From Podarcis bocagei (lineage: Eukaryota), in assembly GCA_964188305.1 (NCBI GenBank), contig OZ076899.1: a stretch of 64,000 nt of DNA, one strand, 5' to 3'. How positions within the stretch are numbered: position 1 is the first letter of the stretch; every line of letters begins with the position of its first letter. The notes beneath the pieces are model-generated. The model was not told where the DNA came from and did not search any database. It saw only the letters and a program-made list of their open reading frames with translations. Of the stretch, positions 37,901 through 48,975 are shown piece by piece. The translations under genes were made by a program, and so were the position numbers.

Positions 37901-39650
37901 TATAAAAAAACCAAATCCTATGGTGCAGCCACATCCAGAGCATTATACACGGTTCTGCTTGCTCTTAATATGTATCCACACACCCTTCCGATATTTGATA
38001 GGGTTGGAGATGGTGTAAAAAAGGGGGGGAGCTGCACCTCCACTGTGAAGAGATGTTTTATTGCTAGGCGCTTGGGGTGGAAAAAAAGTGCTTTTGCCAC
38101 CTGGAGTTAGGGAGAGCGCACTTGTGTTAACTCATGGCTTTTTCTTGCAGCTTAACACCACAGCTACCCCGAACAGCACCATCCGTTCAGCATTTGGGGG
38201 CTCTCTGTTCCACTCCCCAACACCCCACCCAGCACTCTCTGGAGGAAAAGTAAGCAGCAGCTGCTGGTATCTTAAATTCTTCCTGTTTCCAACATTCAGT
38301 CCTGGGTGCAAATCTTTATAGCTACGCATGGACCCAAGAGGGAAATTATCAGCAAGGGCTGGGGGCAACCTCATGGTTTACTGAAGTGCAAGAAAATTTT
38401 TATTTTTAAAAAAGTGTTAATGCTTATTACTTGCTTTGTAACACATTATTTAGGCAGCATACATTTCTTCCTCCCAACCATCTTAAGCAACGGGTACTGC
38501 AAGTAGAAAAGAGGCCACTTTTATGCCAAGTCAGAAGAATGCAGTGCCCTCGTAGAATGTTGTTCTGTGTTGTCCCCCACCCACCCCTGTGGCTTACTGG
38601 TTCTTGGTTGCTCAGTAACCTTTTCTGTGTTGCTTTTCTCTGCAGGGCTCCAGGAAGCTTGTTGTCAAAAGCTCTAACCTCCAGTGCTGCTCCCCTCTGC
38701 CTCCGCAGCCTCTCCGGACTCCCAGCCGCATGGCCCCCAAGTCCCCTCGCCCAGGACCCATGGAGCACAACAAGGAGAACGTCGCTCAGCTCAACAGAAC
38801 AGTTCTGAGCGGTGGGTGCATCCCTGCAGCCCCTGCCCAGAGCACCTGCAGCATTAACTCTGTTGCCAGCACCTATTCCGAGTTTGCGGTAATTTCCCTC
38901 TTCTCTCAACGCCTCTAACCTGACAGCCACCACTCTCAGCAACTGGGCTGCCAACTGCCCTTGCCTGCCCCACTCATTCCCTTGGGGAGCCACAGGCCAC
39001 CCAGGATGCTGTGAGCCACCCTTGAACTGTAATGAAGCATGCAGTACAACGGTAATCATTTCACATTTTCCTTCCCAAGAGCACCCCCTCCCTAGCTGAG
39101 CCAACCTCCTAATGCAACGAGCCAGCTGTCCACTCTCCTCTGCCTGGTTGGTCTCAAACATGGATGGCACCTGGCCCCACACCTGGCTTGCGGTGGCACT
39201 TTATGGATAAACTCAGGTTGCATGTGAGCCTATGTAATAAAGCCCTAGCCCCATGTATGTGTTTTATGGAATGGAAAGCAGCTTTGGGGAGGGGTGTGAA
39301 CAAGCATAGAGCAGTGGGGAGGGAAAGAATGTACCTGGACACTGGGAGGGGGGGACATTTGGAATGGGGTTAAGCACCTCTTTATTCCCCTTGCATGTGT
39401 TTGCCTGCAATATACCTGCACGGAGCTTGGTGTCAGTGGGAAGGTGGGTTGTGTGGTGTTGGTACACCTTCCCTTCTGCCCTGGGCTGGGACTTCCACAC
39501 TCACAAGAGGGTCTCCACTGCTCTTTGATCCAGCTTGCTCAGTTACATCACATAGAATTTATCTTTTCACAGCAAGAACTTTCAAAGGCTTCCAGATCTG
39601 ACTTCAAATCCCGCATCCTTAACTCCACGGTTTCCAATGCTGAGAGCTGA
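31980..39650 (+). CDS. PRC1: Protein regulator of cytokinesis 1 (MAP65/Ase1 family), 14 exons, ~605 aa
   Basis: Exons 31980-31990, 32187-32319, 34597-34719, 34807-35040, 35131-35301, 35407-35556, 35810-35957, 36059-36195, 36325-36420, 36536-36682, 37222-37332, 38151-38249, 38709-38888, 39573-39650 (1818 nt). Motifs: MRKSEVLASESVACL..IWEEIGIPEDQRLQRT, DPSRFTNRGGNLLKEEK, CDK/NLS region TPRTPNKRR..TPSKVRK, SINSVASTYSEF. AATAAA 39859-39864. Confidence 0.96.
33565..34168 (-). mobile_element. Solo LTR (604 bp) in PRC1 intron 2, antisense to PRC1, inserted into an older CR1-like fragment
   Basis: TG...CA ends with 4-bp TSD ATAT (33561-33564 and 34169-34172). Minus-strand TATATAA (~33790) with AATAAA about 80 nt further on (~33709-33704). 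Flanks ~33430-33560 and ~34173-34370 read as one continuous reverse CR1-like sequence. Confidence 0.75.
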
Positions 39651-41019
39651 CGGGGAGCTTGTACACAGCGGCAAAGGAAGGTAGCCAAAGGAGCTGGCAC
39701 CACTGGACTTCCCTCCTGGGGTTAGGCAAAGCTGTGTGCCTCCCTGCTTGGCCCTGTTGCCCGTGGCAATGGAGGCAGGGCCACTTTTAACTATTTGTTC
39801 CTTGTTTTTACCACACTGATTTTTTTAAACAATTTTTTTTTTTTTGTATATTAAAAAGAATAAAATGTAAATGTTGCAAAGGGTTTCTTATAAGTAAGCC
39901 TACTCTAGTGCACAACTTGCTGTCTAGTCTAGGGTTCCAGCAGCAAGGGAAGAGGGATCCTGGCCCACCCCAACCTATACTCTTGCAAGCCTCTGGAACG
40001 TTGGCTCCTGCCCTCTGCTAGGCAAAGGGTGTGAGAGAGCCCACAGTGGCAGCACTCCCTCCATCCTGTTTATGCAGGCAGAATCTTTACTGCCCTCCTT
40101 GGTGCTTATGCGGTTGCTTTTGGGGGAGGGAGTAGTTGCAACAGAAGTGGGGAGGGAAAGCAGGCAGCCCCTAAACTTGCTTGCAGTAGGAAAAAGTGAT
40201 CAAGTCCTGGGGCTTTTTAGGACGCGTCCCCATGCTTGCTCCAGAGGTCTTGTTCCACTGGAGAGAAGCACAGCTCACCTTTAGTTATGACAAATGGGAC
40301 AGGGCTGACTTCTTGCTGCTGCCTTTGAGCTGGGCTAGTCCTGCCTTCCTCTTGGGGATGGGGAAGGAGGAGGAGAGGCTTCTGCCAACCACCCCCACCC
40401 TCCCCATCATCGTGGCTAGATTTGCACCTTGTTTTCACTACAGTGTCCTTTTATTATTTATTTGTATGACAGTATGTTCACATCTTGTTTATCTGCTGTT
40501 CTGTATAATGACTAATCAATTGTATTGTTCTGATGAGGGCTCTTAGCTGAGGAGAGCAGTCTAACTCTACTCCACTTCTACCGCAATGTCCTGCTGCCTG
40601 GCATCTGGCTTCTTGCCCGAAGAACCATGACTGTGTTGCAGGCTAGTAAGGATGACGGTGGCAGCAATAGCTTTATTCACAAAATGACTGTTCCAACATC
40701 TGTTTTGTCCATCATGGCAATTTAGCGCTACATAAAATATGCTCTGTATAACTCTGCCTCTGTTGTGTTCTTGGAGGTGCTAAAACAGCTCCCTCTTTTT
40801 TCTAAAGATGCCCTTGTGTTGTCCATTGAAGTAGCTGTTACTGGAAGGCAGGTGGAGGGAGGATTAGATGAAGCCACTACACCTGATCTGGGACTTGGAT
40901 AAAGTCGGATTGAGCCTCTACTCAGACAGTAGAGCATTGGACTGGAGCAGCAGTAGGAGTAGGTCCTGTCCATGCTGTCTTCCCAAAGGTTTCTGGATTC
41001 TTGCCCTCCATCTCACCTG

Positions 41020-44000
41020 TTATCGGGCCACAGCATGTACATAGGTAGTCCATGGTCCACATACCACGTCTACTACACGTAGACCCCAGTCCACAAAGCA
41101 GGACACCCTCTTTGCCTCATCAGAGCCGGCTGTCTGCCCATGCCCCAGTTGGCCATATTTACCTGCAACCAAGAAGAGCTATTGGCACCAGTTTGCCCTT
41201 GGAGCAAGAAGAGAAGACGGAGTACTAACCCCCCAGCTTACTTACCCCAGCCCCAGGTGTAGAGCTCTCCTGCACCTGAAATACAAGGATGACCTGCGTT
41301 TAACTTAGGTTGTTGAAGGATAACAGTTGAGCACCTCTTTGGCGGAATGGGGCAGATCCAAAAAAACAATGGAAAAGGAGAAACCTTCAGGACACTTTTA
41401 CGCTATGTTGTGATTTCCCAACCATGCAAAAACCAAAGAGCTTGCGCTGTTTAGGAACTCCATGCGCAGCAATTTTGACAGTAAGCATTTTTGGAGGGCT
41501 GCTGGGCATCCTTACACATAAACTGTGTTAGACATCACACACATTTTACGCTTGTTTGTCCTTCACTCTTGGATGTTTCCCCTTCCACAAATGAGGCTCA
41601 GGCGGACAGCAACAGCCCCAGGATATTTTTCAGGTACTGGGCAGTGAAGCCTTCATCCTGCTGTCCCTGTGCTCCCCTCACTGAAGGAAACCCAGCGTCC
41701 TCTTACATGTCACAGCAGCGGTGTGTCGTGAACCACAGCTGATCTTACAGACATCTGCCCCATCTGGCATATCCAGCAAAGCAGGGAAGGCTTGGATCGA
41801 AATGAATGCAGCCTTGCAGGGTCCTTGTGCTGCCTCCTGCTCTGCCAAGCTCAACTCCATGTTCCCTAGAAACAACCCAGTATAAATAAAACTGCCAAAG
41901 TCAACTCATACCCCAGCAACAGCTGTGGGGTGTAGTGTATGTTTGCCCTGGGCCAAGTTTGCCAACAGAGCATCTAGCTCTGTCCCAGGAGTGGCCTCAC
42001 CTCTCTTCACCTCTGCCGTGGTGGCTCTACTCTCAGCCACAGATTTGGAAGGTAGGGCCAGTTGTCCCGTCTCATTCCAGCCCCAGACGTACAAATCACC
42101 TGCTTCTGGCAGAGAGTGAGAAAGAGAGCAGCTAGGAGCTCTGTCCAGGACCAACGTGGCCTTTTTCCCCAAGGAAGAGGCCTCATAGGGCTGGCAAAAT
42201 GTATTCTCCAGTGAAAGCTGGTTCTGGCCCTATGAGGGATTTGGCTTCCCATGCAGAGGGGAGTTTATTATTTGAAAGCGATGGGAATGGGAAGGGCTGT
42301 AGCAGAAGCCTCACCCCCATATTTATATTTTTGGGTTTATAACTTTAAGAAAGATTAAGACAGAAAAAGTAAATAAGGGCAAAGGAGGTAACTGTTAGCA
42401 GTATCTTTAACAGCTGTGAAGAAAAGGGAACTTCACTTCTGTAGGAGATGCATCTCTCAAAACCCCCATGAACAATTTAAGCAGCGGCAGTGGCTGATTG
42501 ATGGTCTTAAGTCAGCCCTGGCCATTGAGGGAGGAGGTCCAACAAAAATATGTGGACAGCCACAGGGTCCCTGCCTCTGTTCAAGGAGCAGGAGCCCAGT
42601 TAACCCCTGACACCACATCAACAAGCCTCAAGAGGTTGGCATCAACAATTCTGTTGAAATTTTTGTTGCTATTGTTATTACCAATGTAAAAAAGCAACAC
42701 ACAAACACACAAAATGTAAATGTAAAAAAGCAACACACAAAAGCAACACACCGCAAGTCTATTTTGGGGTGCTGGAATCCCTAGCTAGTCATTGCTTAAG
42801 ATGGGCCACTACAGACCATGCCCTCCTGCCCCCTTACCACTAATGCCAGCTGAATGCCATCCTCCAGCCGCCACATCCACCAGGGGCACCCCATACAAGG
42901 CTTCCACCAGTTGGGGCTCTGTCCTGCTCTCCAGCTCCCCATGGCCCAACTGCCCGTGCCTGGGAAGAAAAGACAGGAGGAGGAGGAGTAGCCACCATGC
43001 TTCCCCTCCCCCTCCCCCCAATGCAGAAGCCCACCTAGCACTAGGTAAGAACCTAAGAAGAGATCTGCCTGATCTGGCCAATGACCATTCTAGTCCAACA
43101 TCCTGTTCTCATATTGGCCAACCAGATGCCTGTGGAAACCCACAAGCAGGATCTGAGCCTAAGAGCACTTCTCCCTTCCTCTACTGGCTTCCAGTAACTA
43201 TGGAGGCAGAGCTTGCCATCATGGCTAGTAGTCATTGTGAGCTTTCTCCTCCATGCAGCAGCGTAGCGTGGGTTGTCAGCACCCGGGGCAAGGCAAGTAA
43301 TTTGTGCCCCGCAGTGGCGTAGCGTGGGTTGTCAGCACCCGGGGCAAGGCAAGTAATTTGTGCCCCCTAACCCGTGGATTTGCGCCCCCTAACCCTAACC
43401 CCCAGATGTTGCGCCTGGTGCGGCCGGCTCCCCCTGCACCCCCACGCTACGCCACTGGCGCCCCCTAACCCCTAACCTGCCGCCGCTGCCAGCTTCTTCT
43501 AGCTGCTGCCTGGGCTGGTCTGGTGTGGTTCTCTCCCGCGCTCAGCGCTGCGCTGGGCAGCCGCTGCACTGTCCCTCCCCCAGATAGTCCCTCGCTCTCT
43601 CTCCGCACCACACGCCTGGCACCCACCCCCTCCACAGTGGGCGGCGACCCAGCGGCTCGGATCGGATTCGCACAGCCAGCACTACAGTGAGAGAGAGTGA
43701 GTGAGCCAGGTAGGGGCAGAGAGCTGCGAGTGTGAGCGCACCCCCCGCAGATGTTGCGCCCGGTGCGGCCGGCCCCCCTGCTCCCCCCACGCTACGCCAC
43801 TGCCTCCATGAAGTTGCCCAACCCTCCTCTAAAGCTGCCAGCCATCACTGCCTCCTGCGGGAGGTCGGTTGCTAGTTTTAACCATAGCCCTGCTAGGAGG
43901 GCAACACTAGTCCTGCCCCAGACTCACCTGCCGCCTCCCCACGAGAAGAGGGCCCCCTCTGTGTTGAGCAGCACCGCATGCTCGTAGCCCAGGGCCAGCT

Positions 44001-45026
44001 TGCGAGCCTGCAAGGTGGAGGGCAGAGGGGTGAAGAAAGGGGGCCGAGGGGCCACGTACCCGCCAGGCACCAGGGGCAGCTCTGGGGCAGAAGAGAGAGA
44101 GGGTTAGGGGCAGAAGGGATGGCTCATCCTGGGGTGCAGCAACAGCTTCCTCTTCTTTCAGGACGGCGCTTCTGCCAGCACACCTACCTACCTACCTACC
44201 TACGGTCGCTGCTTCCTCGGGGAGGATCTCGCACTTCCACGCCGGCTCTCCTTCCAGGACCAGGGCCGAACCCTCCACCGGCCAGCTCTCCACCGCCGCC
44301 TCCCGCAGCACCAGCACGTGCGTCTCCGACGGCAGCACATCCCGGCAGTCCTCCGGCAGCGCCGCGCACACCGCGCCTTGCAACAGCACCGGGGGGGACC
44401 CTGCGGGAGGCAGAAGGCAAGACGGGGCGAGGGGGGCGGATTGGAGCTCTCAGTCCAAGCGGAGCAGGAGGCAAAGAAAGAATATCGGGGCCACAGAATA
44501 GGAGGAACCCCCCCCCCGCCGCCGCCGCCACCAGAAAGGCGGCTTGGGGTCACCATCAAGGCTCATGGAGAAACCTCCCGCTCTCCTCTATCGACGGGAT
44601 GGGGCTTCTGTGACCTGCCTGGCGTCGTTGCATCTCCCGCAGCCCCAGCAGGCAGGGGAGGAGTTTGGGGGTGCTGATGGGGGATGCTGAGCAGCATCTC
44701 CCCCACGGCCGGGACCCCTTAGTCTGTCCCTTCCATATGTCTTGGAGCGCGCGGTTCCCCGCTGCTGCTCAGCCTAAGTAAAAGGGGTGGGGAAGCATGA
44801 ACCCCGCATGGCTCCGGGACTCTAGTGGGTGCCTCTCACCGCCGGCGCGGACGATCCCGGAGAAGCTCCAGCTCGGCCTCACGCAGCGCACTGGCCCGGC
44901 CTCGCCCCCGACCAGCAGCGGCGCCACTTCCAGCCCGGCCTCCGTCGCCTTCCCGAAGCAGAAGCCGAACTGGAACCAGCCGCCGCCGCCGCCGCCGCCG
45001 CCGCCTCCCTGAGCTCCCTCCGCCAT
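41020..45026 (-). CDS. RCCD1: RCC1 domain-containing protein 1, 8 exons, 366 aa
   Basis: Exons (minus) 45026-44840, 44400-44200, 44081-43928, 42959-42838, 42105-42001, 41865-41707, 41275-41246, 41162-41020 (1101 nt). Motifs: [80 protein letters not shown]. Minus-strand AATAAA at 40677-40672; convergent with PRC1. Confidence 0.94.
43256..43802. mobile_element. hAT-type MITE containing a nested shorter copy of the same family (43312-43457)
   Basis: TIR CAG(TG/CA)GCGTAGCGTGGG / CCCACGCTACGCCACTG; perfect 8-bp TSD CCTCCATG at 43248-43255 and 43803-43810; a second TIR pair lies inside. Confidence 0.85.
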
Positions 45027-45279
45027 CTCCGCCGCCCGGAAGGCGAGCGCCTCTTGCGGCGGGTCGAGTACAAAAGGCGCCTCAGTCGGCAGTTTCCACT
45101 CTTTCTCTGGCTCTGGCGGAGGCTGCCTTGGGCCGCCCCGGTGTCCCGCTACCCTCCCCCCACACCCGAAAACAACTTGCTCTTTCCGCTCAAAGTTGAT
45201 GGCTAGTGCCGGGACTGGGTAAAAGGCGGATCCAGATGATTTTTAACGTATCCTCATGAATTCATATTATTTTTTCATT

Positions 45280-46745
45280 CAAATTAAATAAAACCACCAT
45301 GATACTGTAGACCATGTCTGTAGGCAGAACCAAAAAAATCACGCACCCACTGTTTCGTGGGGCCACTATGGTGCAAAAGCATGGTTAACAAAACACGGAT
45401 CCTCATGATTTTTGCACTAGATCAGCCTGAAGCCACCATCAGATCAAACATCATGGCCATGGGCACAGCATGCACTACAAAAATCACAGATCCATGGCTT
45501 CCTGGCCATACCGTGGCCCAAAAACATGGTTCTGAAGCACAGATCCTCATGGATCCTCACGCTTTTTGCATTGGGTCACCCCAAACACACCATCAAATTA
45601 CACATCATGCCCACGGGCACAGCCTGCACTACAAAAAACTCGGATCCACGGCTTCCTGGCCATACCGTGGCCCAAAAACAAGTGGTACCAGTCCTTGCAG
45701 TTTCCTTCACAGTAAGCCATAGTTAGGTCACCACTCTCCTTCATGGATCACTGCCTTGTCGTGGCAAAAGGGCTTGAACAACTCAAAGAAACTATGAATT
45801 ATGCTGTGCAGGGCCACCCAAGATGGACAGGTCATAGTGGAGAGTTTTGACTAAACGTGATCTACCTGGAGCAGGAACCGGCAAGCCACTCCAGTATCCC
45901 TGCCAAGAAAACTCAATGGACAAAGACAACAGGCGTATAAAAGTTATGACGCTGGAAGATGGGCAATTCGGCTCCAGGGGCCACGCATTCACTCCATAAG
46001 ATGCAGAGACATTTCCCCTTACTTTTTAGGAGGAAAAAAGTGTTGTCTTATGGAGCGAAAAATACAGTAGTTTATAAATGTTACCCAAAAGGTAGACCTC
46101 TGTTATGATGGACTCAAGTTCTGTCCTTTCTCTGATTTAACTGTCTGCCATACAGTCTTTGCTGAATCTGGATATTAGTTGAGAGTATGTAAGCAGTTTC
46201 ATATTTTTTATCCTCTTTAATACTTCGGCATGTTTTTGATCTCTTCTTGAAGATGAACCATATCTTAGTAAAATATATAGTCGGACATTCGTCTCTTGGC
46301 TCAAATAGTAATGTCCCAGTAGTGACACTAACAGTGCTGGTGAGTGCCTTTTTATGATTTTTGTGGTGCAACTCATGATTTTTGCAGTGCATGCTGTGCC
46401 CCTGGCTATGATGCGCGATTTGATGGTGAGTTAGGGGTGGCCCAATGCAAAAAGCGTGAGGATCCATGAGGATCCGTGCTTCAAAACGTTTTGGGGCCTG
46501 TGTTGCCAGGAAGCTGTGGATCCGTGTTTTTTGTGGTGCATGCTGTGCCCATGGCCATAATTTGATCTGATGGTGACTTCGGGCTGATCTAGTGCAAAAA
46601 GCATAAGGATCCTTGAGGACCCGTGTTTTTTAACCATGTTTTTGCGCCATTGCGGTGCGACAAAACAGTGTATGCGTGATTTTTTTGGTTCTGCCTACAG
46701 ACTAAGATGTGGTCTAAAGTATCATGGTGTTTTTATCTTGTTTCA
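45280..46745. repeat. Long diverged inverted repeat (arms ~45280-45680 and ~46375-46745), foldback-like
   Basis: The right arm is the reverse complement of the left, e.g. TGTAGGCAGAACCAAAAAAATCACGCA vs TGCGTGATTTTTTTGGTTCTGCCTACAG. The arms contain ~154-bp sub-repeats. Confidence 0.85.
45735..45965 (+). mobile_element. BovB (RTE) LINE fragment
   Basis: ATGGATCACTGCCTTGTCGTGGC..TGCAGGGCCACCCAAGATGGACAGGTCATAGTGGAGAG..GGCAAGCCACTCCAGTATCCCTGCC matches the recalled BovB/Bov-A-related region. Confidence 0.75.
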
Positions 46746-47610
46746 ATATAAAAAAGCTGTAGGTGCCTGAGACAGTGAACTGGGGCAGTACTGGACTTAT
46801 AGTGCTTCTTAGAAGGTAATAATGGTTGTTCCTTCACATCTGTCATAAGCTACAAGCAACCCAGGTTGCCCCAAGAGCAGGCACACAGGAGCGCAGTAAC
46901 TGCCTCCCCACCCCCACCCCAGTACAATGAAGCTGAGAAAGACAGTGGTAGAAGGAACTCCTCAACATACGGCTACAGTCCTTGCGATAATTACCTGGGT
47001 TATGTCCCCCTGGGCTTCCTGCTCAGTAGGCAAGCCTAAGAGTGCACATTAACTCTGCTATTAAAATCACTCAAGGCTTTTCTTCCCTGCCCCTTACCAG
47101 AGAAACAGCTTGATGCTTGTGTTACATGTGTTACCTTGAATGAAGCTGTGGAGAGAATATCCTAAATAATTCAAACCAGGAGCAGAGAGGAACTATTATG
47201 ATGCCCCTACTACTGCCAAGCAGCTGGTGAAGCTGGACCACAGAAAACCAGGGCAAGCCTGAAACCAGGTCCCCTTTCCCTGTTTGGCAAAAGGTGCTGC
47301 TTTGGCAGGAGAGGGGCCGGGGGCTGAAGTACCTCTGCCCAGCTACTGCTGATGGTATTGCTAGTGAAGAAAACAGCTAGTGGAGAGAACCAGGAGCACT
47401 TCTGTGGCTTTCTTTGCAAAGGAGTTTGAAGGATTCTTCATTCTTTTGAAGTTTCAAAAACCTCTGTGGGATGGCAGACCCTCCAGATCACCTGAGAAAC
47501 TTAACCTGACAGCAACCCGTTGCGCCCACATCAAATTGGTCCATGGCTCTCTCAAGGGTTAAAAACGAAAATCTTTCTTTCCCTAACGCATGAGGTGATA
47601 TGAGGTGATA

Positions 47611-47867
47611 CAGTCATACCTCATGTTACGGACGCTTCAGGTTACGGGTTTTCAGGTTGTGGACCGCGGGAAACCTGGAAGTACCGGAATAGGTTACTTC
47701 TGGGTTTTGCCACTCGTGCGTGCAAAGTGCTAAATCACGCTTTGCGCATGCGCAGCTGTGCCAAATCGCGCCAGCACCTGTGCAGACGCGGCGCTTCAGG
47801 ATGCAAACGCTGCGGGGTGCGGACGTGCCTCCATCACGGATTATGTCTGCAACCTGAGGTTCCACTG
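47611..47867. mobile_element. Tc1/mariner (Tigger/pogo-like) MITE
   Basis: TA|CAGTCATACCTCA...TGAGGTTCCACTG|TA; TA target duplication and CAGT/ACTG termini. Confidence 0.75.
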
Positions 47868-48975
47868 TATCTTACTCTTTCCTGCAAATGACAGTTCATG
47901 CCATGACACCTAGAACCAGCTCCAGGCCCAGTTTTAAAGTGCAAAGGCAGCTGGCCTGAATTATGAATGTGCTGCAAAGCCCCCATCCCACCCCCGCTTG
48001 GTTTTTAAAAGTAAAATGGGGGGGGGGAGTTTAAAACCCTCAAAAGTATGCCATCTATTAGTACATGGCAAGTGAGTGGTTGCTTTCAAGAGTTTAATGT
48101 AAAGCAGGAGGGAGGGTGCTTCAGCCTTCGCTCCTGGGCCTAGCAACACCATAGGACACGGGCTTGGTTGTTCTTCCTTGTGGGAGGGAGGTTGGTCCAA
48201 GTGGGAAGGGGTCTGATCATCTTCTCCCTCTGCCTGAGTCACTCTGGAGGTCAGACATATCCCTAAATGGTGATGGGTCCCATCCCCTCAATTTACATAC
48301 AGCCTAGTTCAGTTCCCTCCCCATTCAATCAATGCAATATTGAGAAACACACGAAATCAGATTTACCGAAAAAGTCATCTGTATAGTTTCCCATAATCTT
48401 TTCATACAGTTTACATTCTTTCCCACATCATATTTGCTTACAATAAACGGTGGTCCTGTTTGCCACAGAGGGCAAGAGGAATGGATTGTCAGTAAGGCAG
48501 TTTCTTCCTACCCCAAGGGAGGGGAGGAGGCCTCAGGAGCTGCAGCCTCAGACCATGAAGGAGCAACTCCAGAGGGACAGGAAGGCTGTGATTTCCAGCA
48601 GCAGGAAATTAAACAAAGGCAGCCATGCAGCACAAGCAGCTCCGTGACCCCAAGCCTAGGGGTAGTTGGGGAGCCCACCACCCGTCACCACCAGCGCTGC
48701 CAAGGTGTGTGGCAGCAGCAGCCCAGCGATACCCTCCTTTAGGTGAGAGACACCTAAGAGCACCAAGAGGCTGCCAAACAGCCCCTGGAGCTGCCTTCTG
48801 TGCCACAAAATGGTGGCACCAGCCCCTGTGGCTCTGAAGGGTGCCAGCAGCAATCGCTGTGGCTCACTCCCCTGGTCCCAGCAGCCCCAAGCCCCCTCCC
48901 TCCTGTGCCCTGGTGCTTGTGCCCAGCAGCAGCGACAGTGCAGTGTGCCCAAGCAGGTTGGGAGGGGGGCAGCTC

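Noticed and set aside
35026-39182. 248- and 251-aa minus-strand ORFs over PRC1 (35026-35772, 38427-39182)
   Set aside because: Antisense shadows of coiled-coil or GC-rich exons with no supporting features.
43256-43470. Repeated 17-55 bp units resembling a CRISPR array or a true telomeric array
   Set aside because: Eukaryotic intron; the repeats are MITE termini, and CCCTAA occurs only in runs of 1-2 units.
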